From a bacterium (GTDB lineage Bacteria; RBG-13-61-14; DATKZS01): 64,000 bases of DNA. The notes beneath the pieces are model-generated. The model did no database searches. It had not been told where the DNA came from and worked only from the letters and a program-made list of their open reading frames with translations. Location: NCBI GenBank assembly GCA_963674965.2, contig CAXXFL010000006.1, positions 512,001 through 576,000 of the forward strand. The letters run 5' to 3'. Within the stretch, counting starts at the first letter, position 1. The number at the start of each line of letters is the position of its first letter. This document shows positions 1 through 9,738 of this stretch, in pieces. The position numbers and the translations under genes are program-made.

Positions 1-620
1 GTTTTCATGCCCAGCTTTTCGCGGACTTCCCGGCCTTTTTCGCTGATCCACTCGAGGTAGACCTCCTCGGGTCCCGACCCGATGACGCAAAGGTTTATAT
101 CCGCGTTTTGGGGCACGGGAAACTCGCACATCCCGCAGGCGGGAGCCAACGCCGGCTCCCCCTCTGACGCCTCTTTGTTCGCCAGGGCCGACTCCAGGAA
201 TTGAGTCGTGGTCGCGCCATTCCTCGCCAGTTTCAGGAAATCCTTGTTTTCGAACCTTCCCAGGCAGTCCATTCCGATCAGAATGAGGCCGTCAAGGTTG
301 GCCTGGTGCAGTTTCACCAGCTCGATAAGGGCCCGTAACTCGCACGATCTCATGACCACGGCCAGTGGCCTTCCCGACGGCGTGCTTGTCAAACTCGAAA
401 CCAGCTTGGCCGAGGAAAGAGGCGCCACCGGCGCGAAGGGGTCCGCGGCGTCGCATCCGACCGGTTCCGATATCAGGGTCGGCATGACGCCTTTCTCGGG
501 CTGGCGGGCCGGGACCAGTATCGCGTCGACCACTTTTTTCTCCAGCAAACTCTTAAAGAATCTGCCGACTTTTTTATTCAGGTTTCCTTTTCCCTCGGAG
601 AGCCTGCTGAATTCTCCCAT
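1..620 (-). CDS. FdhB/FrhB-like iron-sulfur subunit, partial (3' end runs off the window)
   Basis: Not in the ORF track; read manually from ATG at 620 with GGAGG upstream. Open frame MGEFSRL...AVVMRSCELRALIELVKLHQANL...IGMDC...ACGMCEFPVPQNAD, motifs typical of F420-hydrogenase/formate dehydrogenase beta subunits. Follows mvhD. Confidence 0.75.
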   Translation of the reverse strand, partial: MGEFSRLSEGKGNLNKKVGRFFKSLLEKKVVDAILVPARQPEKGVMPTLISEPVGCDAADPFAPVAPLSSAKLVSSLTSTPSGRPLAVVMRSCELRALIELVKLHQANLDGLILIGMDCLGRFENKDFLKLARNGATTTQFLESALANKEASEGEPALAPACGMCEFPVPQNADINLCVIGSGPEEVYLEWISEKGREVREKLGMK

Positions 621-689
621 CTTTCGCCTCCAGAAAAAACGTCCGGTAATAGCCGTTATTTAAACGCTTCGCGGTTATAAGCAATTAAA

Positions 690-1205
690 CTACGTGCGCT
701 GCGCCTGCAGCTCGGCGGACTCGAGGTCCTCGAGTTTCACGTCGTCGCCTCCTCCATCCAGCACCGTTAAAAGGGCCCTTCTGCGCGCCCAGTCCTTCTT
801 GATGGGGCTGGGACCGAGCTTCTTTAAGTTCTCGGTCATCTCGTCGGCGTACTTTTGAAACATGACGCCGTCGCTGGCGGCCACCCATCTGAGCCAGAAT
901 CGCTCCTCCTCGATGCCGAACTTTTCCAGGAGCTCCTGGACCATGGCCATGCGCCTTCTGGCCTTCAGGTTGCCGTTGATGTAATGGCAGTCGCCGGGCC
1001 AGCATCCGCCGATAAACACTCCGTCCGCGCCCTCGATAAAGGCCTTGAGCACGTACATGGGGTCAACCATTCCCGAGCACATGACGCGAATGATCTTCAC
1101 GTTTTGCGGGTAGCTCAGCCTCGAGCTTCCCGCCAGGTCGGCGGCCGTGTAGGTGCACCAATTGCATAAAAAGGCCACTATTTTCGGTTCGAATTCTTCT
1201 GACAT
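690..1205 (-). CDS. mvhD: Hydrogenase iron-sulfur subunit delta (MvhD/FlpD family)
   Basis: FEPKIVAFLCNWC, RVMCSG and GCWPGDCHYINGN motifs; GGAGG RBS; directly after the hdrA-like gene. Confidence 0.92.
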   Translation of the reverse strand: MSEEFEPKIVAFLCNWCTYTAADLAGSSRLSYPQNVKIIRVMCSGMVDPMYVLKAFIEGADGVFIGGCWPGDCHYINGNLKARRRMAMVQELLEKFGIEEERFWLRWVAASDGVMFQKYADEMTENLKKLGPSPIKKDWARRRALLTVLDGGGDDVKLEDLESAELQAQRT

Positions 1206-1217
1206 ACCTTTTCCTCC

Positions 1218-4200
1218 CTAGCTAGCTAAAAGTCCTTCAATCTCGCTGAAAACTTGTTTCTGAGTGAAGTGTCTAATATCAGCCGCCCCGCTGGGGCAAT
1301 GAGCGGCGCAGCTTCCACATCCCCTGCATACGGCCTCGTTGATAACGCTTATCTTCCTCAACTCGTCGAACTCTATGGCCCCGTAGGGGCAAAGGCCTAT
1401 ACAGGCCTGGCATCCTATGCAGACGTCCTCGTCTATATGGCTTATCATGGGCTCGACCACCACCTTGCCCAGGGTGGAAAGGGCCTGCGCCTCGCTGGCG
1501 GCCGCCTTGGCCTGGGCCACCGAGTCGGGGATATCCTTGGGCCCCTGGCACGCGCCCGCCAGGAACACCCCGGAGGTGGGGGTCGAGACCGGACCCAGCT
1601 TGGGGTGTTCCTCCATGAAGAAGCCGTCCTTGCTCAGGGAGAGACCGAAAGTCCGGGCCACGTCCTGAGCGTCATCCCTGGCCTCCATGGCCGTGCAGAG
1701 AACGACCATCTCGACCGGGACCCTGACGGTCTTGCCGATAAGAGTGTCCTCCGCCTTGACGATCAGCATGCCCTCTTCCTCGGGACTTTCGGCCTTGTCC
1801 GTAACCTCCGTGGCCTTGCCCCGGATAAAGCGGACCCCCTCGTCCTGCACCCGCTGGTAGAACTCCTCATAGCCCTTGCCAAAGCAGCGCATGTCTATAT
1901 AGAAGTTGAATACCTGGGTTTCATGGCCGCACTTGTCCTTGACCAGGTGCGCCATCTTCAAGGCGTACATGCAGCAGGTGCGCGAGCAGTATTCGTGGTA
2001 GTTCTTGTCCCGGCTGCCTATGCAGTGGAGAAAAGCCACGCTCTGGGGCGGATCGGAGTACTTGAATTTTTCCACCGGGTCTTTTTTCAGTATCTTGCCG
2101 GAGGTCGGTCCCGTCGCGTTCGAGAGCCTTTCGAACTCGAGATTAGTTATCACGTTGGCGTACCTGGAGTAGCCGTAGTTTTCCATGGGCGTCGGGTCCA
2201 TGACGTCGAATCCGGTGGCCACGATAATCGAGCCCACGTCGAGCTCGACCACCTGGTCTTTCTGGTCGTGCTCGATGGCCCTCGCCTCGCAGGACGGAAC
2301 GCAGAGCTTGCACTCGCAGCAGACGCCGCACGAGACGCACCTTCCCGCCTCGGCCCTCGCCTGTTCCTCGGTAAAGGCCAGCTCGACCTCGTCAAAGCTT
2401 TTGATGCTTTCCGCCGGGTCGAGCTGGGGCGGGGCCATCCTGGCGGTTTTTGCCAGGTCCTTGGGTATTTCGCCCCAATTTCGGCCGGTGGGCCTTTGCG
2501 GCCTGTCCTCGGCCAGGTCGTCTCCCCGCAGGTAGCGGCCGATGGATATGGCCGCCTCCCTGCCCGCGGCCACGGCCTCGACCACCAGCGACGGCCCGGT
2601 GAAAACGTCTCCACCGGCGAACACTCCCGGCATGGTGGTCTGCATGGTCGTCGGGTCCACCCGCATCAACCCCCTTGACGTCGTTTCGATCCCCTCCATT
2701 CCCTTGACGCAGGCCAGGTCCGGCTTCTGTCCTATGGCCGGGATCAGGGTGTCCGCGTCCATCATTTCGAGGGCGCCTTCTATGGGGACCGGGCGGCGGC
2801 GTCCAGAGTCGTCGGGCTCTCCCAGTTCCATTTTCTGAATCTCGATCCGCTTGAGCGCGCCTTTTTTATCCGCCACCGCCTTGTTGGGGGCGGCAAGGAA
2901 ATGGAACTCCACGCCTTCGCGCTCCGCCGCCTCGATTTCCTCGAGGTTGGCCGGCATCTCGGCGCGGGTCCGCCTGTAAAGGACGGTAACCTTGTCCGCG
3001 CCCAGGCGAAGCGAAACGCGGGCCGCGTCGATGGCGGAGTTTCCGCCGCCCACCACCACCACGCGCTTGCCGACCTTGGCCTTGCCCTCAAGGTTGCACT
3101 CGCGCAGGAACGTGATCGCGTTAACGACGCCCTTCGCGTCTTCCCCCTCGATGCCGAGGCTCATGTCCTTGTGCGCGCCGGTCGCTATGAAGACCGCCTT
3201 GTAGCCTTCCTTTAACAGCGAGTTGATATCTCTTCCCTCGCCGATGGGGGTCTCGGTCTTGATTTCCACGCCCATTCGTTTCACGTACTCGAGCTCTTTC
3301 TCGATCTCCTCCGGCGGCAACCTGTAATCGGGAATCCCGGTTCGAAGCATGCCGCCCACCGCGGGCAGGGCCTCGAAAATGGTCGGGTGATAGCCCTCGC
3401 GGGCGAGAAAATATGCGCATGATATGCCGCCGGGCCCGGACCCTATCACGGCGACCTTCTCCTCGGGGGGCTTTTCGTCTATCTCCGGGAGCGGAAAGGT
3501 TTTCCAGTCGACCTGGTCGGCGGCGAACCTTTTCAGGGCCCTTATGGCGAGGGGGGCGTCCACTTCCGCCCTTCTACAAGCGCCCTCGCACGGCGCCGGG
3601 CACACGCGCCCGAGCACCCCCGGGATGGGAAGGTTCTCGAGCATTATCTTGACGGCCTGGTCGTAATTCCCCTCCTTGATCATGGTCACGTAGCCCTGCA
3701 CGTTGGTACCCGCCGGGCAGGTCTGCACGCAGGGTCCGCGGTCGCGCTTGTCGATGGCGAAATTGATGGGCACGGCCTGGGGAAAAGGCCTGTATATCGC
3801 TTTTCTGAGCTGGGTCCCCACGTCCCATTCGTTGGGCAGCGAAACGGGGCATTGCTTGGCGCACTCGCCGCACCCCGTGCACTTGTTCGCGTCCACGTAT
3901 TGCGCCTTCCTTTTGACCTTGACCGTGAAGTTCCCCACGAAGCCGCTAACCTCCTCGACCTCGCTGTGGGACATGATCTCGATGTTGGGATGCTGTCCCG
4001 CCGAGACGAGCTTGGGCGTACCGATACAGGCCGCGCAGTCCATGGTGGGAAAGGTCTTGTCATACTGAAGCATGTGACCGCCGATGGTCCCCTGCCTCTC
4101 GATGAGATAGACCTTGTAGCCGGCGGCGGCGACGTCCAGCGACGCCTGGATTCCCGCTATGCCTCCGCCCACCACCATGGTGTTGGGATTGACCGGAAAG

Positions 4201-4631
4201 GTCTCGGGAAAAAGGTCGGTCTGGTAGCGAACCCTGTTAATCCCGGCCCTGCTCAGCGCCTTGGCCTTCTCGGTCGCCTCGTCCTCGTCCAGGGTAACCC
4301 AGGAAACGTGTTCCCTGACGCACACGTGATGGAAGGAACGGAATGGGTTCAGTCCGGCCCTCTGGCACGCGGCCCTGAAGGTGTTCTCATGCATGCGGGG
4401 GGAGCACGACGCGACCACCACCCGGGTAAGCCCGTGTTCCTTGACGTCCTTTTCGATCAATTCCTGGCCGGGGTCGGAGCACATGAACAGGTAATCGCGG
4501 GAAACGACGACCCCGGGCAGTGAGCCTATATACTCCGCCACTTCCCCGCACCTGACCTTGAAGGCGATATTGATCCCGCAATGACAGATATAAAAACCGA
4601 TCCTCTCCTGGCTAAGTGAAATTACGCTCAT
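1218..4631 (-). CDS. hdrA: HdrA-family heterodisulfide reductase flavoprotein with inserted GltD/NfnB-like FAD/NAD(P) module (HdrL-type)
   Basis: ICHCGINI, VVASCSPRMHE, GGGIAG, DKTFPTMDCAAC, YCSRTCC and GACQGPKDIP (HdrA). Internal CPAG...GRVCPAPCE, GSGPGG, GIPDYRLP, GGGNSAID and GVFAGGD (GltD-like). Several CxxCxxCxxxCP ferredoxin motifs. Confidence 0.9.
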   Translation of the reverse strand: MSVISLSQERIGFYICHCGINIAFKVRCGEVAEYIGSLPGVVVSRDYLFMCSDPGQELIEKDVKEHGLTRVVVASCSPRMHENTFRAACQRAGLNPFRSFHHVCVREHVSWVTLDEDEATEKAKALSRAGINRVRYQTDLFPETFPVNPNTMVVGGGIAGIQASLDVAAAGYKVYLIERQGTIGGHMLQYDKTFPTMDCAACIGTPKLVSAGQHPNIEIMSHSEVEEVSGFVGNFTVKVKRKAQYVDANKCTGCGECAKQCPVSLPNEWDVGTQLRKAIYRPFPQAVPINFAIDKRDRGPCVQTCPAGTNVQGYVTMIKEGNYDQAVKIMLENLPIPGVLGRVCPAPCEGACRRAEVDAPLAIRALKRFAADQVDWKTFPLPEIDEKPPEEKVAVIGSGPGGISCAYFLAREGYHPTIFEALPAVGGMLRTGIPDYRLPPEEIEKELEYVKRMGVEIKTETPIGEGRDINSLLKEGYKAVFIATGAHKDMSLGIEGEDAKGVVNAITFLRECNLEGKAKVGKRVVVVGGGNSAIDAARVSLRLGADKVTVLYRRTRAEMPANLEEIEAAEREGVEFHFLAAPNKAVADKKGALKRIEIQKMELGEPDDSGRRRPVPIEGALEMMDADTLIPAIGQKPDLACVKGMEGIETTSRGLMRVDPTTMQTTMPGVFAGGDVFTGPSLVVEAVAAGREAAISIGRYLRGDDLAEDRPQRPTGRNWGEIPKDLAKTARMAPPQLDPAESIKSFDEVELAFTEEQARAEAGRCVSCGVCCECKLCVPSCEARAIEHDQKDQVVELDVGSIIVATGFDVMDPTPMENYGYSRYANVITNLEFERLSNATGPTSGKILKKDPVEKFKYSDPPQSVAFLHCIGSRDKNYHEYCSRTCCMYALKMAHLVKDKCGHETQVFNFYIDMRCFGKGYEEFYQRVQDEGVRFIRGKATEVTDKAESPEEEGMLIVKAEDTLIGKTVRVPVEMVVLCTAMEARDDAQDVARTFGLSLSKDGFFMEEHPKLGPVSTPTSGVFLAGACQGPKDIPDSVAQAKAAASEAQALSTLGKVVVEPMISHIDEDVCIGCQACIGLCPYGAIEFDELRKISVINEAVCRGCGSCAAHCPSGAADIRHFTQKQVFSEIEGLLAS

Positions 4632-4645
4632 AAAGATTCCCCTCG

Positions 4646-5785
4646 TTAAACGGACTGATACAGCAATTCAGCCACGTCCAGAATTTTCATCTCATCTTCG
4701 CCTAGACCCAACGACTTGAGGGCGTCCTCAAACATGATCATGCAGAAGGGACAGGCGGTGGCGATGACCTCCGCGCCCACTTCCTGGGCTTCTCGAACGC
4801 GAAGCACGCTGAAGCGCTTTTCCTTTTCGATCTCGGCCCAGATTCCTCCCCCCCCGCCGCCGCAGCAGAGGCTGAAACGCCGATTGCGCGGAAACTCCAC
4901 CGGCTCGAGTCCGGGGATGCTTTGCAAAACCCGGCGCGGCTCCTCGTAGACGCCGTTGTGACGGCCCAGGTAGCAGGGGTCGTGATATGCTACCTTCAAG
5001 GGAACTTCCTTTTGGGGAACAAGCTTTTCTTTTTGGATCAACTCGTCGAAAACCTGGACGTAATGCAGGGACCGGTAATCCCCGGAGTAATGCTTCTTGA
5101 ACATGTTCATGCAGTGCGGAGAACTGGTGATAATGCTTTTCACGCCTTTTTTCTCGAACAGTTCCGAGTTCGAGTTTTCCAGGGTCGAAAATATTTCAAA
5201 TCCGCCGCACTTATGGACCTGGTCCCCGCAGCAGCTTTCCTCGTTTCCGATTATTCCCATGGACGCGCCGGATTTCAGTAGCAGCTCGGCCATTTCCTTG
5301 ACGACCTTTTTGTTCCTGCCGTCAAAGGCGTGGGTGCAACAGGCGTAAAACAGGTTTTCGGTTTCCCCGGCCTCGAACCGGGGAAGTTCGAGGCCCTGGG
5401 CCCATTGCTCGCGGTCGTCGCGCGAGTTGCCCCAGGGGTTTCCTTCGTTTCTCAGGCTTCCGAAGGGCGTCCTGAACAGGGGCGGAACTATTCCTCCCTC
5501 TATCATCACGCTCCTGGTCGAGCGCATGACGTCCACCATGTCAACCCCTCTCGGGCATCTGTCCACGCACGTTCCGCAAGTCACGCAGTTCCAGAGGCCA
5601 TCCTGCTCGTAGCCTTCTATTCCCATGCTGGCCAGCCGTAAAAGCTGGCGGGGGTTGAAATCATCAACGAGGTTCCAGGGGCACACGCTGGTGCAGGTGC
5701 CGCACTGGATGCATATTTTCATGGTTTCTCCGCCGATATCCATTATCATGTCGGCTATTTCGAGCATTGGAGCGATTGCGGTCAT
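4646..5785 (-). CDS. HdrD/GlpC-like (Fe-S)-binding CCG-domain protein
   Basis: Two N-terminal 4Fe-4S motifs (CIQCGTCTSVCP, CVTCGTCVDRCP) and two CCG domains (ESCCG, YHDPCYLGR, CCGGGGG, TACPFC). Confidence 0.88.
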   Translation of the reverse strand: MTAIAPMLEIADMIMDIGGETMKICIQCGTCTSVCPWNLVDDFNPRQLLRLASMGIEGYEQDGLWNCVTCGTCVDRCPRGVDMVDVMRSTRSVMIEGGIVPPLFRTPFGSLRNEGNPWGNSRDDREQWAQGLELPRFEAGETENLFYACCTHAFDGRNKKVVKEMAELLLKSGASMGIIGNEESCCGDQVHKCGGFEIFSTLENSNSELFEKKGVKSIITSSPHCMNMFKKHYSGDYRSLHYVQVFDELIQKEKLVPQKEVPLKVAYHDPCYLGRHNGVYEEPRRVLQSIPGLEPVEFPRNRRFSLCCGGGGGGIWAEIEKEKRFSVLRVREAQEVGAEVIATACPFCMIMFEDALKSLGLGEDEMKILDVAELLYQSV

Positions 5786-5815
5786 CAGATTCTCTCCTTG
5801 TAATGGCGATTAGAT

Positions 5816-6679
5816 TTACATTCCATTCCTGTCGGGGGGGCATATGCTTCCGATGTTCAATACCGAACCGGTCGAGGATATCTCGCCTTTATAAAGAAGC
5901 ATGTGGCGGACGAGCTTGATAAAGGAATCGCGCGTGGTCGGATGCTCCGCGTATTTTCCGTGCCTTAAAATGACCGCTTCGCGGAATGAGTCCTCGTAAA
6001 CCCGGGTCGGCTCCAAAGGACCCACCGAAACAAGGATGGGGATGCCGCACAAATTCCTGTCTCGCTGCAGGGCAAAAAGGGTCTTGTTTCCCTCCTTGTT
6101 GTGCATGCTGATGTTCAGAAATATCAGGTCCGGCCTGTTTTGTTTTATCTGATCCATCGCGCTTTTGTAGTCGTTCGCGATCGCGACGTTATTGAACTTG
6201 GCTTCCTTAAGGATGGTGATCACGCAGAAGGTTATGTCGGGATCGTCGTCCACCACCATGATTTCCTTGTGAAGAAGCATCTTTTCCCTTTCGCGGTCCA
6301 GCATTTCCTCCCAGACCACGTCCGTTTGTTGCTCGGGATCATAGTATCCGGTCACGGCGTTTAACTCCTTTGCCAGGGTTTTTTCCGGCTGAACCCCGGA
6401 AAATCTCTTCAGTTCCGAACCGTTGCGAAAAATTACCACCGTGGGAACGTTGTGGATGTTATACTTGGATTTCGCGGTCGGAACGTTTTCTATATCAACG
6501 CTGCCGAAATGAACGTTCTCCTTGAAAAGTATGGAAACCTTGTCCGCTATACTGTTCTGTATGTTGCAGGCCGCCGACCACGGCACTCCAAAAGTCATAA
6601 GAGTAACGCCCTTGCTGGATATTATTTTTGAAAACGACTCGTAATCCGTAAGAAAATCCATCTTGTCTATTTCAGGCAT
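5816..6679 (-). CDS. Thioredoxin-like domain fused to an atypical receiver domain
   Basis: N-terminal Trx fold (FGVPWSAAC, YNIHNVPTVVIFRNG); C-terminal REC-like (IMVVDDDPDI, RPDLIFLNISM, IPILV). Confidence 0.7.
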   Translation of the reverse strand: MPEIDKMDFLTDYESFSKIISSKGVTLMTFGVPWSAACNIQNSIADKVSILFKENVHFGSVDIENVPTAKSKYNIHNVPTVVIFRNGSELKRFSGVQPEKTLAKELNAVTGYYDPEQQTDVVWEEMLDREREKMLLHKEIMVVDDDPDITFCVITILKEAKFNNVAIANDYKSAMDQIKQNRPDLIFLNISMHNKEGNKTLFALQRDRNLCGIPILVSVGPLEPTRVYEDSFREAVILRHGKYAEHPTTRDSFIKLVRHMLLYKGEISSTGSVLNIGSICPPDRNGM

Positions 6680-6723
6680 TGCGTCCTCTCCCGCGTTGTA
6701 TTTGCAAAAATCAATTGGGAATA

Positions 6724-6741
6724 AGGCAATTGTTGTGCCGT
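6724..6741 (-). promoter_or_regulatory. Sigma-54 -24/-12 promoter
   Basis: Minus strand CGGCACAACAATTGC gives GG-N10-GC with GGCAC and TTGC, about 45 bp upstream of the ATG at 6679. Confidence 0.75.
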
Positions 6742-6980
6742 TAAAGGTAATAAATTGCTTTGGGCGGCGAATAAAATATCTTTACGCCAGGATATTATGA
6801 CATTATAACAATGGGTTATATAACATACGCATTCGATGGCCCGGCGGCGAAGATTGCAGGTTCGGTTTGTAAATATGAAGTAACAAAAATTGAAACGGAG
6901 CTATTTTTGCAACCGTTCCTTAAGGGTAACGGTTTCCCCGCGTTTCCCTATATGCTTGAGAGTACCGACTTCTAACCCTC

Positions 6981-7226
6981 TCAACCTTCTTTGCTCTTTT
7001 CAATTTTCATCTTGATTTTCGAACGCTCGATTTCCAGGTCCACCCACTCGTCAATTAGCTTCTTGAAACGGCGATAGGCCGCGTTCTGCGCTTTGATCTC
7101 CCGCGCGAACTCCGGGCGAATATATTCGGTCCGCCCTTTGCCCCGGTGAGTGTAGCTGAGTTGATGGTAAGTCTTCTCGGCTCCTCGCTTCATGGATAAG
7201 AACCATAAGGCCGGGCATCCCTCCAT
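6981..7226 (-). pseudogene. Short ORF resembling the C-terminal part of IS-associated DUF6788-like proteins; probable remnant
   Basis: YHQLSYTHRGKGRTEYI...YRRFKKLIDEWVDLEIE resembles that family from memory; the usual Cys-rich N-terminus and an adjacent transposase are absent. Confidence 0.4.
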
Positions 7227-7449
7227 CGCAACAAGTCACCGCCATTGCCATGAGAAACGCCCTGCCGGAATTTATCGCTGATTCGTCGGATAAACACATC
7301 TTCGCGAAATTCCTGCGGGAAAGAATAGATACAACAAGGGCTGAGGGATTACGTATGCTTGCCGTCAACGAATGAGTTGACGAGGAAAGGGGAAACGGTA
7401 CTCTCAAGAAAAGTAATTGCGCGTCATAATTGCTGAGCCCGCGGCCGCC

Positions 7450-7483
7450 GCCCAGGCAATATTGCAGACAACATTGCCTGGGC
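7450..7483 (-). terminator. Stem-loop downstream of lnt, possible terminator
   Basis: Perfect 11-bp inverted repeat GCCCAGGCAAT...ATTGCCTGGGC, 30 bp after the lnt stop; no clear U-tract. Confidence 0.4.
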
Positions 7484-7513
7484 AACCCCGCTGGAGGATT
7501 TGACAATCTGATT

Positions 7514-9082
7514 TCACCTGGGTCGTTTTGGAAGCTTTTTAATATCAACGATAAATGGCGCCGATATCGAAGACGCCGTCACAACCAGGCACAACCAACT
7601 GAAATAATGGCCAAAACGACTGTAAAAAGATTTCTCTTTAATAAATACGCCCTCGGCGACGATATGCCCGATTTCGCCGATTTCGGTCTCAGAAAGAATC
7701 CGGCCGTGGGCGTCGACCATTTGCGATACCCCCGAAGAAGCGACTCTGAAAAGCCATCGCCGGTTTTCAACCGCCCGCAGGGAACTCATGGCCGCGTGCT
7801 GCAAGTGTTGAGAGCGGCCCCAGATAAAAGCGTCCATGGTCGGGAAGATCAATATCTCGGCCCCATTCGAAACCAGCCCGCGGCTCACATAGGAATAATC
7901 CATGTCATAGCAGATCGCCACTCCGGCTTTGCCGAACTCCGTATTCACCACCGTGAAATCCTTGCCCGGCTCGCCGTCCATGAAAAATGGAATCGGGTTC
8001 ATCTTCACCGCCCGGCCGATTATCTCTCCCTTTCTCGAAAGAACGAAGGCGGTGTTCTTGAACGAATTGGCCTCATCTCCCGAATCCCTCCCGCCGAAGA
8101 TAAAATAAACGTCGTTTTCGGCCGCGAACTCAGTCAACCTATCCATCGGCTCGGGGTCTTTCTCCAGGATAAAAGGCGTCGAGTACTCGGGCCATACAAT
8201 AATATCGGCGCTGGAATCTCCGTTCTTAATCGCTTTCTCCGAAAGCTCGATCAACTCGTCATACCAGCCCGACTCGAACTGAACGCCGACAAATTTTACC
8301 GGCCGTCCCAAGTGGACCTTTTGTAACGACCAGACGCCATAGACGAACATAAGCGCAATCAGCAAGACGGAAAAAACATTCATCAAAAAAGGGCCGGGAA
8401 AATACGGATACTTTTTATCTTTTCGATCCAGCAGAAAATCCACGATTAAAGCAACGGAGGAATTCACGGAAAGCAGGGCGAATGAAATTCCATATACGCC
8501 GAACAGGTCGGCCGATTGAAGGATTGTCAGGCTCGCGTGTTGGGTGTAGCCCATGCCTAGCCAGGCGAATTTCAAAGTCCATAACTCGCTTCGGAAAAAC
8601 TCGACGCCCGTCCAGATAAAGGGAGCCAAAGCGGCGGCGGCCAAATTGCCAAACCGTTTTTTTAAGCTGGAAACGATAAAAGCGAACAGCGCGGTGAACG
8701 TCGCCAGGACCATGATCAGAAGAAATCCAAACGCTCCGAAGATGGTCATGAACCAGTAAAGACCTCCCGAATAAAAGACCAGCCCCCAGATGAACCCATA
8801 GGCCAGGCCCCAGCGCCGCTTGACGCGCGGTATCACGGCCAGCAAAGGGACCAGCGCGATCCAGGCCATCAAAGAAAAATCAAAAGGGGGAAAAGCCGCG
8901 ATAGCGAGCAGGCTGGAGGCGAGAGTCGCGACGAGGTATGGAAATTTAAACTTAGCTTCCAAATCAGGCACGTTATTTAGCTTCTCCGATTGAAAAAGGC
9001 CTCTCAGTACGATTGGCGTCAGAAGCGTCCAGCCCGCGGTCTTAGCCGCCCACGCAATAATGAAGACAAAATTGCGGGCCAC
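7514..9082 (-). CDS. lnt: Apolipoprotein N-acyltransferase
   Basis: AFPP, WTGVEFFR and LGMGYTQ membrane region; nitrilase domain IVWPE, K, ICYD and RAVENRRW. Start codon uncertain. Confidence 0.88.
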   Translation of the reverse strand: MARNFVFIIAWAAKTAGWTLLTPIVLRGLFQSEKLNNVPDLEAKFKFPYLVATLASSLLAIAAFPPFDFSLMAWIALVPLLAVIPRVKRRWGLAYGFIWGLVFYSGGLYWFMTIFGAFGFLLIMVLATFTALFAFIVSSLKKRFGNLAAAALAPFIWTGVEFFRSELWTLKFAWLGMGYTQHASLTILQSADLFGVYGISFALLSVNSSVALIVDFLLDRKDKKYPYFPGPFLMNVFSVLLIALMFVYGVWSLQKVHLGRPVKFVGVQFESGWYDELIELSEKAIKNGDSSADIIVWPEYSTPFILEKDPEPMDRLTEFAAENDVYFIFGGRDSGDEANSFKNTAFVLSRKGEIIGRAVKMNPIPFFMDGEPGKDFTVVNTEFGKAGVAICYDMDYSYVSRGLVSNGAEILIFPTMDAFIWGRSQHLQHAAMSSLRAVENRRWLFRVASSGVSQMVDAHGRILSETEIGEIGHIVAEGVFIKEKSFYSRFGHYFSWLCLVVTASSISAPFIVDIKKLPKRPR

Positions 9083-9738
9083 CCCGCGATCCCCCTATTC
9101 AGAAGCGTTCCGCTCGCGTGTTCGTTCTCTACTATCAAATGTTACTTATTGGTATCCCCTCATGCTAGACGGGAAAGCTTATGTGAAAATATCGATATTA
9201 GACCACCAAGCATCAGGTAGCCGAGGACCACCTCCAACATTACTATTACCTCACCGCATGTCGAGGTTGGAGTAATATCACCAAACCCGAGGGTTGTAAA
9301 GGTAACCACACTGAAATATAAATAAGTAAAAAAATCAGCTTTTCGCCCTCCTAAGACGGTGAGTACGAGAGATTCTTTTTCCGTCGCTGAAAGTAAATGC
9401 CACTGTTTTAACTGAATTAAAAGATCCGCATTGCTAATTTGTCCCACACTCACCAAAGAATCTCCTCCAATCCAAAAAATAATGCCAAAGGTAAAAGCGA
9501 AAAATAATGACCAACCTGCCCATAGCAATATATTTGTCCCATAACCTGAAGTGACTCCCCACACGAACATCCATGCTTGGTCGAGTATACTTCTTTTACT
9601 TGCCTCAATCCTGGCTTCAAGGTAGGATTGGTCCTTTATATAGCGTAGGTCTAGTGGGTCGCATGGACCAAGGTTCTCGACAGATGCCCCTTTCCAGCTA
9701 GTGGGCTTTGTAACAATTCTGGCAATTAATGATTTTTT

